Virus genome (UHGV): UHGV-1378817 | Source: a virus | DNA: 64,000 nucleotides | Direction: 5' to 3' (one strand) | Shown here: positions 17,641 to 26,960 of the stretch, piece after piece | Numbering within the stretch: position 1 is the first letter of the stretch | How the letters are laid out: each line of letters begins with the position of its first letter | The notes under the pieces: generated by a model | The model's database searches: none | Seen by the model: the letters and a program-made list of their open reading frames with translations, nothing else | What the model was told of the DNA's origin: nothing | Made by a program: the position numbers and the translations under genes

Positions 17641-18354
17641 ATGCTGAATACCAAATTAATTGACAACCTGGAAAAACTGTCCCAACCTGAAAACTACCTT
17701 TGGTCTGCCAACTGGGTGGAAAACTGGAACCGTGTGGCAGCTAAAGTGAAAAAATCATACACACCATTCGAATTACAGCTTAGCTTCATTGAGGAAGAGT
17801 TCAATGAAGTTTTGGAAGAGCTGGAGAAAGGTGATGGCGGAGATCACCTGCTAAAAGAGGCCTGCGATCTTCACGTTGTCACAAGTTATGCCGCTTATCT
17901 TGTTAATGATAATCACGAAAAGTGGTCAAACCTGTTTGATAATCCACAGGGTCTTAAGTTCAAGATCGGTGAGTTCTATGATACACTGATCGCTGCGAAA
18001 AACACCTCTAAGCAAAAAGCGTCCGCTTACCGCTTAGCAGAGTTGTCAACAGCTTTGCTGTTCCAGCTTCGCGGCGATGTGTGCGGGATGATGCGTAAGG
18101 TTCTCAAATCGAATGACAGCAAGTTTGCACGGGTCAACCATCTACGGTATTCACACGGTGCCAGTGCAGATATGCCTGCTGAACAACTCATCGAGTTGGA
18201 GATTAAAGATCTTGAGCGACGCTTTGATGGTCGATATGAAGGTTTTGTTGCTAAGGAAGAATTCTACAACGGTAATAAAGTTATCATATTCCTTGACAGC
18301 AAAGGTAAGATCATGAAGCCTTCGAGCTTCAAGGATGTAACAGAGTATATTTAA
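17641..18354 (+). CDS. MazG-like nucleotide pyrophosphohydrolase domain protein
   Basis: N-terminal EEEFNEVLEELEKGD...EACDL acidic motifs resembling MazG/HisE fold; 237 aa with an extra C-terminal domain. Confidence 0.4.
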   Translation: MLNTKLIDNLEKLSQPENYLWSANWVENWNRVAAKVKKSYTPFELQLSFIEEEFNEVLEELEKGDGGDHLLKEACDLHVVTSYAAYLVNDNHEKWSNLFDNPQGLKFKIGEFYDTLIAAKNTSKQKASAYRLAELSTALLFQLRGDVCGMMRKVLKSNDSKFARVNHLRYSHGASADMPAEQLIELEIKDLERRFDGRYEGFVAKEEFYNGNKVIIFLDSKGKIMKPSSFKDVTEYI

Positions 18355-18360
18355 CAACAT

Positions 18361-18387
18361 AGCCGGGATTACCCGGCTTTACTTGTT
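18361..18387 (+). terminator. intrinsic terminator-like hairpin
   Basis: AGCCGGG-att-ACCCGGCT followed by TTTACTTGTT, 7 nt after stop of 17641-18354. Confidence 0.45.
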
Positions 18388-18726
18388 GTGGAAAGTATGC
18401 AAGTGAGGAAGATAGTTATGTACAAGCACTCTAGAGATCTTGAAAACGATGCTGTGTTTGGGGATCAGATGAAAGAGTTGGTTAAACTCATAGGCAGGAT
18501 AGAGGATAAGTTTGACACTAAGATCTACATCGACAGCAAAGTATTCAACCACAAAATATGGACAAATCTGTGTGTTGGACTACATGGAGATAAAGATGTG
18601 GTAAATTTAGTTGTAATTAAGTTCATAGTGTGGCAGAATAAAACTATAAATTATTACGATCCACACCTGCTTGTTTACCCGATAAAAGACCTATTAGATA
18701 AGGAGGACTGCAGTGCCGTTATTTAA
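18388..18726 (+). CDS. hypothetical protein
   Basis: 112 aa ORF. Confidence 0.35.
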   Translation: MESMQVRKIVMYKHSRDLENDAVFGDQMKELVKLIGRIEDKFDTKIYIDSKVFNHKIWTNLCVGLHGDKDVVNLVVIKFIVWQNKTINYYDPHLLVYPIKDLLDKEDCSAVI

Positions 18727-18982
18727 TCTTGCTAAACCTGTAGAAGCACACCAGTTTGACGGAAGCTCTTCATCAGTATCTGATCTGCAACGGTGGATTG
18801 ATACAGGTGTGTTTACATCGTCACCTGTTCGTACCAGAGATCTTCGTCGCATGTGTGAGCTTGTCGAGCCGTTTGGTAACCTGGTCTTGTACCAGGGAGA
18901 TTGGTTAGTTGACTTTATGGGAGACTGGTTGGTAATGAGTAAAGAAGAGATGTTTAACATTTTTAAGGAAGAGGCCGAGTAA
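18713..18982 (+). CDS. hypothetical protein
   Basis: GTG start with AAGGAGG SD 6 nt upstream; 89 aa. Confidence 0.4.
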   Translation: MPLFNLAKPVEAHQFDGSSSSVSDLQRWIDTGVFTSSPVRTRDLRRMCELVEPFGNLVLYQGDWLVDFMGDWLVMSKEEMFNIFKEEAE

Positions 18983-20265
18983 TGCATCAGATCAAAACAA
19001 CACTGTACGCACTGAACAAAGATGGCAGCTACCAACAGTGGAAAGTATTCACGGATGGTGATAAGGTTATCGTAGAGTTTGGCAAGCTTGATGGTAAACT
19101 GCAATACAAAGAGACGGTATGCACGCCTAAGAACGTAGGTCGTGCCAACGAGACTACCGCTGAGCAACAGGCCGAGCTTGAGGCTATTAGCAAGTGGGAA
19201 AAACAAGTCCGTCTTGGGTATGTTGAGAATATGGAAGATTGCGAGCAGGGTGTTGACCTTTTACCCATGCTGGTGCATGACTACCTGAAGCGTGGCAAGG
19301 CTCTTAAATTACCTTGCTGGATCTTGCGTAAGTTAGATGGCCTTCGTCTACTTGTTGTTTTCCAGAATGGTGAGCCCAAATTTATTTCCCGTGGTAATAA
19401 GTCCTACCCTATTCAAGGAAAGCTTCTGGAGCAACTTCGCTCTTTCCACCTCACCACTGGGATTAAACAGCTCGACGGAGAGCTCTATATTCATGGTCTG
19501 CCTCTGCAGAAAATAGTTTCTCTTGCTAAACGATGGCGCACACAGGAAGAAATTCAGGCCGAGATCGATAAAGACTACAAGGCAGATAAAAAACGCCGTC
19601 AGGCTGCTATTAAGGCAGGTTTAGCAACATACAAAAACTTCAATAAGATGGACATTCCTGTTGATGTTGAGCCTGTTCGTGATGATTTGCGTTACGGAGG
19701 GTATTGCAGCTACGACTTAGAGTATCATATTTTCGATATCCCTAGCGATAAGGTGTGGTGGGATCCTGAAACAGAGTCTGGGCGCTGTAAGGATCTTATG
19801 GAGGCAAATGGTGCCATTTCTTCTTTGATGCTTGATCATATTAAGGTTGTTGATGCAGAGCTTGCATATACAGTTGATCGGTGCGAAGAGTCTGTTGGTA
19901 TATTTATGTCTGAGGGATATGAAGGTACCATTATGCGTAACTTCTGTGGTAAGTATGAGTATGGTCAGCGAACATCTGAAGCATTGAAATGGAAAAAGTT
20001 CAACGACGCAGAGGTGAAAGTTATTGACGTTGAGAAAGATAAGAATGATGAAGGTGTTCTTATCTGTGTTGACAAGGAGGGTGTTGTTGTTAAAATGAAG
20101 ATGAAAGGCACGCACGAGGAGCGTAGCTATGACAGGATGCAGGAAATGATCGGCAAGTTTGTCACCTTCAAATATCAAGCAAGGACAGAAGACAACAATT
20201 ACCAATTCCCTGTCGGTATCTGCGTCCGAAATGTTAACCCGGACACTTGGGAGGTGCTGGAATGA
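18982..20265 (+). CDS. ATP-dependent DNA ligase
   Basis: Motif I KLDGLR (K-x-D-G), EGTIMR motif IV-like, LKWKK motif V-like; 427 aa. Confidence 0.65.
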   Translation: MHQIKTTLYALNKDGSYQQWKVFTDGDKVIVEFGKLDGKLQYKETVCTPKNVGRANETTAEQQAELEAISKWEKQVRLGYVENMEDCEQGVDLLPMLVHDYLKRGKALKLPCWILRKLDGLRLLVVFQNGEPKFISRGNKSYPIQGKLLEQLRSFHLTTGIKQLDGELYIHGLPLQKIVSLAKRWRTQEEIQAEIDKDYKADKKRRQAAIKAGLATYKNFNKMDIPVDVEPVRDDLRYGGYCSYDLEYHIFDIPSDKVWWDPETESGRCKDLMEANGAISSLMLDHIKVVDAELAYTVDRCEESVGIFMSEGYEGTIMRNFCGKYEYGQRTSEALKWKKFNDAEVKVIDVEKDKNDEGVLICVDKEGVVVKMKMKGTHEERSYDRMQEMIGKFVTFKYQARTEDNNYQFPVGICVRNVNPDTWEVLE

Positions 20266-20389
20266 TGTAGTGAGGTTCAGTAGGTAACGGTAGCCAATTG
20301 AATGATGGTTTTTCAATTGGCACCTACATAACCACACTATGTAGTGTTGTTGATCGGGTTAGTTATGAGTAAACTGGAGAGTATGAAAG

Positions 20390-20860
20390 ATGAAACTTGA
20401 TAAAAATGTTCAACGAAAAGCTTTCTTGGATATGATCGCATATTCGGAAGGCACAGATAATGGTAGACAACCTACCAAGGATCGGGGGTACGATGTCATA
20501 GTCGGAGGCAAGCTGTTCAGCGATTACAGCAAGCATCCCGGTGTTTACGTTAAGCTAAATGCTAAGCTTACCTCCTCCGCTGCTGGGCGTTACCAGGTTT
20601 TGGAGAAGTTTGCTAAACACTACATGAAACAGTTAGGATTACCAGATTTTGGCCCTGCCAGTCAGGACAAGATTGCGTTGCAACTGATCCGTGAGTGCAA
20701 GGCTCTCGCCGACATTGACGAAGGGCGTATCCACGAAGCTATCCGCAAATGCCGTTCCCGCTGGGCTTCGTTACCCGGTGCCGGATATGGTCAGCATGAA
20801 CAGAAGATCGAGAAGTTGATCGAGGTGTTTAAAAAGGCAGGCGGCATTGTTCTGGATTGA
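20390..20860 (+). CDS. endolysin, lambda R-like lysozyme/lytic transglycosylase
   Basis: Near-colinear with lambda R as recalled (QRKAFLDM.A.SEGTDNGRQ...GYDVIVGG...AGRYQ...WASLPGAGYGQ). Confidence 0.8.
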   Translation: MKLDKNVQRKAFLDMIAYSEGTDNGRQPTKDRGYDVIVGGKLFSDYSKHPGVYVKLNAKLTSSAAGRYQVLEKFAKHYMKQLGLPDFGPASQDKIALQLIRECKALADIDEGRIHEAIRKCRSRWASLPGAGYGQHEQKIEKLIEVFKKAGGIVLD

Positions 20861-20923
20861 TCATTGACATAACCACACGGACGTGGTATTGTTACCTCAT
20901 AAGATGTTCAGGAGGGTTTAACC

Positions 20924-21130
20924 ATGAAAGATTTTCTGTTGGCAATTTTGTTCATGGCAGCATGTCTGTCCTGTGGTGTCGTGTTTGCAGGTGAAACAGC
21001 GTATCTTGTCGATGTGTATCGGGACAATGGTAAACGTATTTGCCTTTATGAGACAAGCCAAGGTGAGCTCTACGAGCTTGTGAAACAAGGCGAGGCAGGT
21101 TCCTGCCCTCGCACCCATTTCTTTGAATAA
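20924..21130 (+). CDS. small secreted protein
   Basis: 68 aa with N-terminal signal-peptide-like hydrophobic segment (LLAILFMAACLSCGVVFA). Confidence 0.4.
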   Translation: MKDFLLAILFMAACLSCGVVFAGETAYLVDVYRDNGKRICLYETSQGELYELVKQGEAGSCPRTHFFE

Positions 21131-21139
21131 GGGGGATAC

Positions 21140-21604
21140 GTGGAAGACGGACGTTTAATGAAGTCTGAACGCAGGCTTATTGTGCAACTGATCCCAGAAA
21201 CAGCTTGGTATAATAACCTCCGAAACGCTGTGAAGAAGAGTGAGTGGGATAAGATCCGTAAGAAGTGCTACAGAGAAGCCAACTACACTTGTGAGGTGTG
21301 CGGCGGTAAAGGCAGCAAACATCCAGTGGAATGTCATGAACTTTACACTTTCGAAGAGGGAGTGATCCGGCTTGTCGGACTGATAGCGTTGTGCCCAGAT
21401 TGTCACACATCTGTGCATCCTGGGTTAGCAAATATCCGTGGAAAGTATGCTCAGGCAGTTAGTCAGTTGGCTAAGGTGAATAAGATCACTAAGGGTATGG
21501 CAGAGGCGTATTACCGAGACTGCTTTGCAGAGTGGCGTGAGCTTAGTAAAGTTCCGGAATGGAAGACTGACTTTTCTTGGATACATCAGTATTTGGAGAG
21601 TTAA
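21140..21604 (+). CDS. HNH endonuclease
   Basis: CEVCG...HELY...CPDCH zinc-finger HNH pattern. Confidence 0.55.
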   Translation: MEDGRLMKSERRLIVQLIPETAWYNNLRNAVKKSEWDKIRKKCYREANYTCEVCGGKGSKHPVECHELYTFEEGVIRLVGLIALCPDCHTSVHPGLANIRGKYAQAVSQLAKVNKITKGMAEAYYRDCFAEWRELSKVPEWKTDFSWIHQYLES

Positions 21605-22461
21605 GTGTGGTATACTACAATGACAATGATAAAGATGCAGTTGCTTGGTTGAAGAATCTAATATCTTTAGGACTACTTCCTCAAGGCGAGGTGGATGATC
21701 GTTCTATTACAGAGGTTACTGTAGAAGATCTTAGAGGTTTCACTCAGTGGCACTTCTTCGCTGGCATAGGTGGATGGCCTTTGGCCTTGAAACTTGCTGG
21801 CATTCCAGAAACTTGGTCGGTATGCACAGGATCTCCGTGCTGCCAACCTTTCTCTCAGGCAGGTAAGCAACGTGGAAAATTTGACCCAAGACATCTTGCA
21901 CCAACATACCTCCGGCTCGTTAAACAGCTTAAACCTGAGTTCATGTTTGGAGAGCAGGTTGCAAAAGCGGTTGAATCTGGATGGCTCGACGATATGCAGA
22001 ATGAAATGGAAAACTCTGGTTACAGCTTCGGGGCTTCCATACTTAATGCTGCAATCCTCAACGCCCCGCACCGCCGCGAACGACTTTACTTCGGGGCAGT
22101 TAGCAACGTGGTTAACCCCTACGGTAACTCAGGTAGGGTGCAGATCTCAGGAAGCGATGGAAAGGCGCAAGCAACAACGCTTAGCAACTGGCAGGAAGTC
22201 ATTAAGTCCTGGGAATCTGTGGGAGCAGGTGAGGATGTATTACGGGTGTGGGAGCATACAAGACAGTATCTATGCCGAGACGGAAAATGGCGTAAACTTC
22301 CTGAACCCGGCATTCCCTTGTTGGTTGATGGGCTATCCACCCCAATGGGATTGTCTCGCCACAAAGGCTTCGGTAACGCTATAGTTCCGCAAATAGGGGC
22401 ACTTTGGGTGCAAGAGTTTATGAAGTCAGTGGATGATTGTGTAAGAGGTGAGTATGGCTAA
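21577..22461 (+). CDS. DNA (cytosine-5)-methyltransferase
   Basis: Motif I FFAGIGG, motif IV PCCQPFSQAG, ENV-like FGEQV, motif X GNAIVP; start uncertain (overlaps HNH gene by 28 nt). Confidence 0.75.
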   Translation: MDTSVFGELSVVYYNDNDKDAVAWLKNLISLGLLPQGEVDDRSITEVTVEDLRGFTQWHFFAGIGGWPLALKLAGIPETWSVCTGSPCCQPFSQAGKQRGKFDPRHLAPTYLRLVKQLKPEFMFGEQVAKAVESGWLDDMQNEMENSGYSFGASILNAAILNAPHRRERLYFGAVSNVVNPYGNSGRVQISGSDGKAQATTLSNWQEVIKSWESVGAGEDVLRVWEHTRQYLCRDGKWRKLPEPGIPLLVDGLSTPMGLSRHKGFGNAIVPQIGALWVQEFMKSVDDCVRGEYG

Positions 22462-22744
22462 GAAACCTGTAAAAGAGAAATTTGATAAGACAGCTTTTGT
22501 ATTCGATACACCTCTGGACGACATCATCAGAGGTATGCAATCCTTGTATCGGAAGGCTGAATCTGAGCAGTTGTCTGAATCAGAACTTTACTGGCTTGGT
22601 TGGTGGGAGTTAAACCTGCCTAAAGCTGAAAGTTCTTGTCTGAGAACTGTTAAAACGTGCGCCCAAGAAAACGCTGCACTTGGAATCTACCACAAAAGGA
22701 AAAGATCAACAAAAAGCTCTCCAAGAAAGACCAAAAAGTCTTGA
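22448..22744 (+). CDS. hypothetical protein
   Basis: 98 aa ORF with basic C-terminus. Confidence 0.4.
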   Translation: MSMAKKPVKEKFDKTAFVFDTPLDDIIRGMQSLYRKAESEQLSESELYWLGWWELNLPKAESSCLRTVKTCAQENAALGIYHKRKRSTKSSPRKTKKS

Positions 22745-22770
22745 CAAAAGTGTTATTAATCTGATATTAT
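22741..22770 (+). promoter_or_regulatory. sigma70-like promoter
   Basis: TTGACA, 17-18 nt spacer, ATATTA/TATTAT; upstream of 22804 gene. Confidence 0.55.
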
Positions 22771-22803
22771 CGGTCAGATATCTATAAACTAGGAGAACTA
22801 GAT

Positions 22804-23112
22804 ATGCTTAAAATTTTTATTGTTGAAGATAAAGATATTGTCCAGTTGTATGCAAACGAGAATCATAAAGGTATGATTCTGAAGAAGGCAAGCAACCTTC
22901 ATGAAAACACAATTCAACCTGGCGATGTAATTAAGATCTGTGGTTATATGATATCAGACTCCTTGATGAAAATAACCCACCACTGGGGGTCTAATCCGTT
23001 CCTTTTTGAAAAGTATTGGGATGTTGAGTCACTTATTGCAGAGAGTGATGATGCATTCCATTACAGCATCCAACCATCTTGCAGAATAACTAACAGGAGG
23101 GTCTTTGAGTAG
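22804..23112 (+). CDS. hypothetical protein
   Basis: 102 aa ORF after promoter and AGGAG SD. Confidence 0.4.
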   Translation: MLKIFIVEDKDIVQLYANENHKGMILKKASNLHENTIQPGDVIKICGYMISDSLMKITHHWGSNPFLFEKYWDVESLIAESDDAFHYSIQPSCRITNRRVFE

Positions 23113-24244
23113 AGAATATCCACTTATTGAGTCCATAGATTGTCTGGCTGATCTTCTTGAACCTGACGCTATAGTTTATTATGACTTCGATCAAGTTGCA
23201 TATCAAGCTGCAGCAAGTTGTGAAAAAAGGACAATTGAGGTAACACACAAAGCCTCCGGACGTAAGAAGATGTTTAAAACACGAACAGAGTTCTGGGGGC
23301 GGCAGAAGAACACCGTTGGTGGTTGGTTAAAAGCTGAGAATACCAACCGTGAAGCTGCATGTAAAAAGGCTGGCAAGGAGTTTATTCCGTGGACACGAGA
23401 AGATTTCGATGTCTTGGATATCCAAACCCCTGATCCTGTAGAGAACTGCTTGCACACAATTAAGTGTAAAGCTAATGCAGTCCTTAATTATCTCGGTATT
23501 CCGGAAGATCGGTGCGTGGGGGTACTTGGAGGCACAGGTAATTTCAGACTAGATCTTCCCATGCCGGAAAGATATAAAGCCAACCGTAACAATACTCTTC
23601 GACCACTGCTGCTTGGAGATGCAAGACAGTATCTCCAAAAGCAGTATAATGCTCAAGTGATCAACGGTATCGAGGCTGACGACTGGTTAGCTATCCAGCA
23701 ATTTGAAGGTTGGAACCACTACCAAAAAACAGGTAAGTTCAACAAGTTTATTATCTCTATTGATAAGGACCAAAGAACACTACCGGGGCTTGTGTTCGAT
23801 CCCATGCGAAACGATAAGGGAGATTTTGTAAGAGAAACCCCTATGCTGATCGATAACGGTATGGGAAACATCTTCATGAAGCCTAATGGAGAGGTTGGTG
23901 GTTACGGAATGCTGTTCTTCGGATACCAAATGCTGTGTGGTGATTCTGCTGACAACATCAAGCCGTATCAGGGACTTATCGGTAAGGGTAAGTTCGGAGA
24001 TGCCTCAGCATTCTACCTACTGTCTCAGTGCAGCACTCCAAAGGAGATGTGGATGGCTATTATTGATCAGTACAAGAAGTGGTTCCCGAAAGGTGTTGTT
24101 AAGTATACTGACTTCAATGGTATTGATCGTAGAATTTCCGTAGGTCAATGGATGAGTATAATTTTTGACTGTTTGTATATGAAGCGAACATTCAATGATC
24201 AAACAAAACTTGTTAACGTTCTTAGAAATGTTGGAGCAATTTGA
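23105..24244 (+). CDS. 5'-3' exonuclease / flap endonuclease (RNase H-like)
   Basis: Acidic metal-binding clusters (GIEADDW, IDKDQ) and H3TH-like GDSADNIKP. Confidence 0.6.
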   Translation: MSREYPLIESIDCLADLLEPDAIVYYDFDQVAYQAAASCEKRTIEVTHKASGRKKMFKTRTEFWGRQKNTVGGWLKAENTNREAACKKAGKEFIPWTREDFDVLDIQTPDPVENCLHTIKCKANAVLNYLGIPEDRCVGVLGGTGNFRLDLPMPERYKANRNNTLRPLLLGDARQYLQKQYNAQVINGIEADDWLAIQQFEGWNHYQKTGKFNKFIISIDKDQRTLPGLVFDPMRNDKGDFVRETPMLIDNGMGNIFMKPNGEVGGYGMLFFGYQMLCGDSADNIKPYQGLIGKGKFGDASAFYLLSQCSTPKEMWMAIIDQYKKWFPKGVVKYTDFNGIDRRISVGQWMSIIFDCLYMKRTFNDQTKLVNVLRNVGAI

Positions 24245-24576
24245 TGACTAAAAATTCTGTAGATAACGCAATTATGGAAGCTGTTTTTGAGGATGATCAC
24301 ACAACAGGGACACTTAAAACAAAAAATACATTCGTTGTTGCCACAGGTATGTGGCGGTTGTATGAAGATGACACCATTTCATACATCCTGTACACGGATG
24401 ATTACGCAGATGACCGTGTATGGTCTGCTGTTTTAAAAGAGGATTGTGAGCTGATTGAGGGCGAGCGGTTATGCATGTTCACCAGTGTGGAAACAGATGT
24501 TAAGCTTTGCTCTCTCGTATTGTTCAAAGATAAGGCTTATGCTCCTGATGAAGGAGAGGAGGATGAGGAAGCATGA
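24241..24576 (+). CDS. hypothetical protein
   Basis: 111 aa acidic ORF. Confidence 0.4.
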   Translation: MMTKNSVDNAIMEAVFEDDHTTGTLKTKNTFVVATGMWRLYEDDTISYILYTDDYADDRVWSAVLKEDCELIEGERLCMFTSVETDVKLCSLVLFKDKAYAPDEGEEDEEA

Positions 24577-25202
24577 GAGAGCGTCTATTATCCATAGACC
24601 AGTCGTTGACACACACAGCTTGCGTTGTATGGGACGATGGAAAGCCTGTTCATAAGGTTGTGTTACGAACTCAAAGCTCATCTGCAAAAGAGAAGAAACC
24701 AGGGACGGTTTCTTTTGCAACAGCTGCTGAGCGTATTGACTGGATCTGCAAACAGGTCAGATATTATATCCACACGCACGGCGTTGACACCGTAGTTATG
24801 GAAGGGCTTTCCTTTGGATCACGCGGGGATGCCACACGTGAACTGGCTGGGTTGTTTTACGGTCTTGAAGTTATGCTTTGGGATGCCTTAGCTGATTGTG
24901 AAAATGACGGCCTGTTTAAGGTCCACACAGTGACACCAACAACTGCCAAAAAGTTTGCTCGTAGTCATCTTCCTGAGGAACTGGCTTTCGAGGAGAAGAA
25001 AAAGCTTGACAAAAAGACAGGTAAAGAGCATACTGTGAAGAAACCTGTTACAATGGATAAAAAGTTGATGGTTAAGGCCTGCGAAGTATCTGAACCTGGG
25101 TTCCTAGATGGGATCAATTTGGTACAAGGTAAGGCCGATCTCGCAGATGCTTATTGGATAGGCAGGGCGCATCTGGAGGGATTATCGCAAAGCGTAAAAT
25201 AA
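24573..25202 (+). CDS. RuvC-like Holliday junction resolvase
   Basis: LSIDQSLTHTA (catalytic Asp), VVMEG (Glu), DLADAYWIG acidic motif. Confidence 0.55.
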   Translation: MRERLLSIDQSLTHTACVVWDDGKPVHKVVLRTQSSSAKEKKPGTVSFATAAERIDWICKQVRYYIHTHGVDTVVMEGLSFGSRGDATRELAGLFYGLEVMLWDALADCENDGLFKVHTVTPTTAKKFARSHLPEELAFEEKKKLDKKTGKEHTVKKPVTMDKKLMVKACEVSEPGFLDGINLVQGKADLADAYWIGRAHLEGLSQSVK

Positions 25203-25759
25203 GAAAGAAAGCTGTCAAAGCCCCCGTTCATAACGGGTGGTTAAAAGATTCTAAGGACATAGCCAACTTTCGAAAAGAATTGTCAGAGGAGCAGGATGGT
25301 CTTGATCCGATCTTGTGCGAGCCACTTCGTAAGCCTTGTTTGGATCATGACCATCTGACTGGTCGTTGCAGGGGTGTTTTGTCACAATGCACTAATACCT
25401 TTGAGGGGTATGTGCTTAAATACTGGATGAAATACTGTAACGAGTATACAGATTGCAGTTTATCAGAGGCGTTGCGCCGGATGGCTGACTATTTGGAGAA
25501 AGACTACAGCGACTTCCCGCTCCACAAAAACTACAGAGATGATATGACAAAGTTCTTGAGGAGATGCTCTAAAGCTACGATCATTGCACGAGCAGAATCA
25601 GATCTCAATCTTGTCATTAATCCAGAGTGCACCAAGCATGAGGCTATTGAGTTCTACATGCAGGAGTTTATAAAGAAAACTGAGGAGAGAGATTTCTATG
25701 GGGATGAAAAAGGTATTCAATCCTTGCGACTCAGTCCTGATCAGGATGAAATACCGTAA
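25154..25759 (+). CDS. endonuclease VII-like (HNH-type) nuclease
   Basis: C...CLDHDHLTGRCRGVL.QCTNTFEG matches T4 endo VII zinc/active-site pattern; start unresolved (track start is TTG overlapping upstream gene). Confidence 0.55.
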   Translation: MDRQGASGGIIAKRKIRKKAVKAPVHNGWLKDSKDIANFRKELSEEQDGLDPILCEPLRKPCLDHDHLTGRCRGVLSQCTNTFEGYVLKYWMKYCNEYTDCSLSEALRRMADYLEKDYSDFPLHKNYRDDMTKFLRRCSKATIIARAESDLNLVINPECTKHEAIEFYMQEFIKKTEERDFYGDEKGIQSLRLSPDQDEIP

Positions 25760-25919
25760 CTGGAAAGGTGTTGTTGCAGATCGCTGCGTTACTGAGCCTA
25801 ATTTATGGTTTGGCTCTACAGAGTATCATAAAGAAGAGCAGTGGTTGATGCGTGCCTTCGATGTAGACAAGGGCGAATATCGTGACTTCGCTTTAAAAGA
25901 CATTCTTCAGTTTTACTAA
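25698..25919 (+). CDS. hypothetical protein
   Basis: 73 aa ORF overlapping end of previous gene in another frame. Confidence 0.3.
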   Translation: MGMKKVFNPCDSVLIRMKYRNWKGVVADRCVTEPNLWFGSTEYHKEEQWLMRAFDVDKGEYRDFALKDILQFY

Positions 25920-25931
25920 GGAATCTTAACG

Positions 25932-26915
25932 ATGATGACAAAGTTAACTCTTGAGCAAATTTTAACACTAAAGCAACAGGGATACACTAATAGACAAATT
26001 GCTCGTGAATTTTTAGGCCGTGAGTCACGTGAGAGCTGGATCCGACTACAGCTTAAACGTGCACAAGAGAATATGTCAGAGATTGTAGGAGAAGCAACGG
26101 AGCGCTTCCTTGAAGAGCACAAAGGTGCTAAAGTTTGGGTGTATGATACAGAGACATCTCCAACAAACGGCTGGTTCTTTGGGCACTATAAGACCAACAT
26201 TCAAACCTGCGGTATTGAAATTATGCCCTACATGCTAACTTTCGCAGGTAAGTGGTTAGACAGTCCTAGTGTGGTTGACTGCGCTCTTCCTGATTACAAA
26301 ATGTGGGATGAGGATATTCACAATGATCTCGAATTGATTCAGGATTTGTGGTATTATCTGGATACATGTGATGTCGCAGTAGCCCACAATTCAGGTTTTG
26401 ACTGTGGGTGGGCCAACCAACGATTTGCATTTCACGGATTGCCTCCAACAAGCCCCTACAAAGAGGTTGACACCCTTAAAATGATCAAGAAGGCATTCCG
26501 TTTGAATGCAAACACTTTGGAGTATGCATGCAAATACTTCCAACTTGCCCGACAGAAACTGATTGACCACACATTTGAAATGTGGATCAAGTGTGTTCAC
26601 GGTGATCTTGAGGCGTTTAAACAGATGCGGGAGTACAATGTTGGCGATATCCTATCTCTGGAAGGCCTGTATTTGCTGGCTCGCCCGTTTGCTAAGCAGC
26701 ACCCCAACATGTCATTGTACTACCAGGATGAGGAGCCAAAAGTTCGTTGCCCACGCTGTGGTGGAGAACACCTTCACGAGGAAGAAGCTTTGGCGTATAC
26801 TCAACTGAGTGCATTTAAAACATACCGCTGCGAAGGTTGTGGATCTGTTGTTCGTGACCGTAACAACATCCGCACCAGAGAAGAAATGAAAAATACCCTG
26901 ATTCAGATAATCTAA
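25932..26915 (+). CDS. DnaQ-like 3'-5' exonuclease with C-terminal zinc ribbon
   Basis: Exo I VWVYDTETS, Exo II VAHNSGFDCGW, Exo III YNVGDILSLEGLY; C-terminal CPRCGG...CEGCG. Confidence 0.7.
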   Translation: MMTKLTLEQILTLKQQGYTNRQIAREFLGRESRESWIRLQLKRAQENMSEIVGEATERFLEEHKGAKVWVYDTETSPTNGWFFGHYKTNIQTCGIEIMPYMLTFAGKWLDSPSVVDCALPDYKMWDEDIHNDLELIQDLWYYLDTCDVAVAHNSGFDCGWANQRFAFHGLPPTSPYKEVDTLKMIKKAFRLNANTLEYACKYFQLARQKLIDHTFEMWIKCVHGDLEAFKQMREYNVGDILSLEGLYLLARPFAKQHPNMSLYYQDEEPKVRCPRCGGEHLHEEEALAYTQLSAFKTYRCEGCGSVVRDRNNIRTREEMKNTLIQII

Positions 26916-26923
26916 CAATTATA

Positions 26924-26951
26924 GGGAGGCTTGCGCCTCCCTTTTCCTTTT
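26924..26951 (+). terminator. intrinsic terminator
   Basis: GGGAGGC-ttgc-GCCTCCC followed by TTTTCCTTTT, 9 nt after exonuclease stop. Confidence 0.65.
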
Positions 26952-26960
26952 GGAGGCACT

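Noticed and set aside
26931-26960. ORF-track start (TTG) of the methyltransferase at 26931
   Set aside because: It lies inside the stem and T-tail of the upstream intrinsic terminator; a TTG at 26961 with a GGAGG SD is a more plausible start
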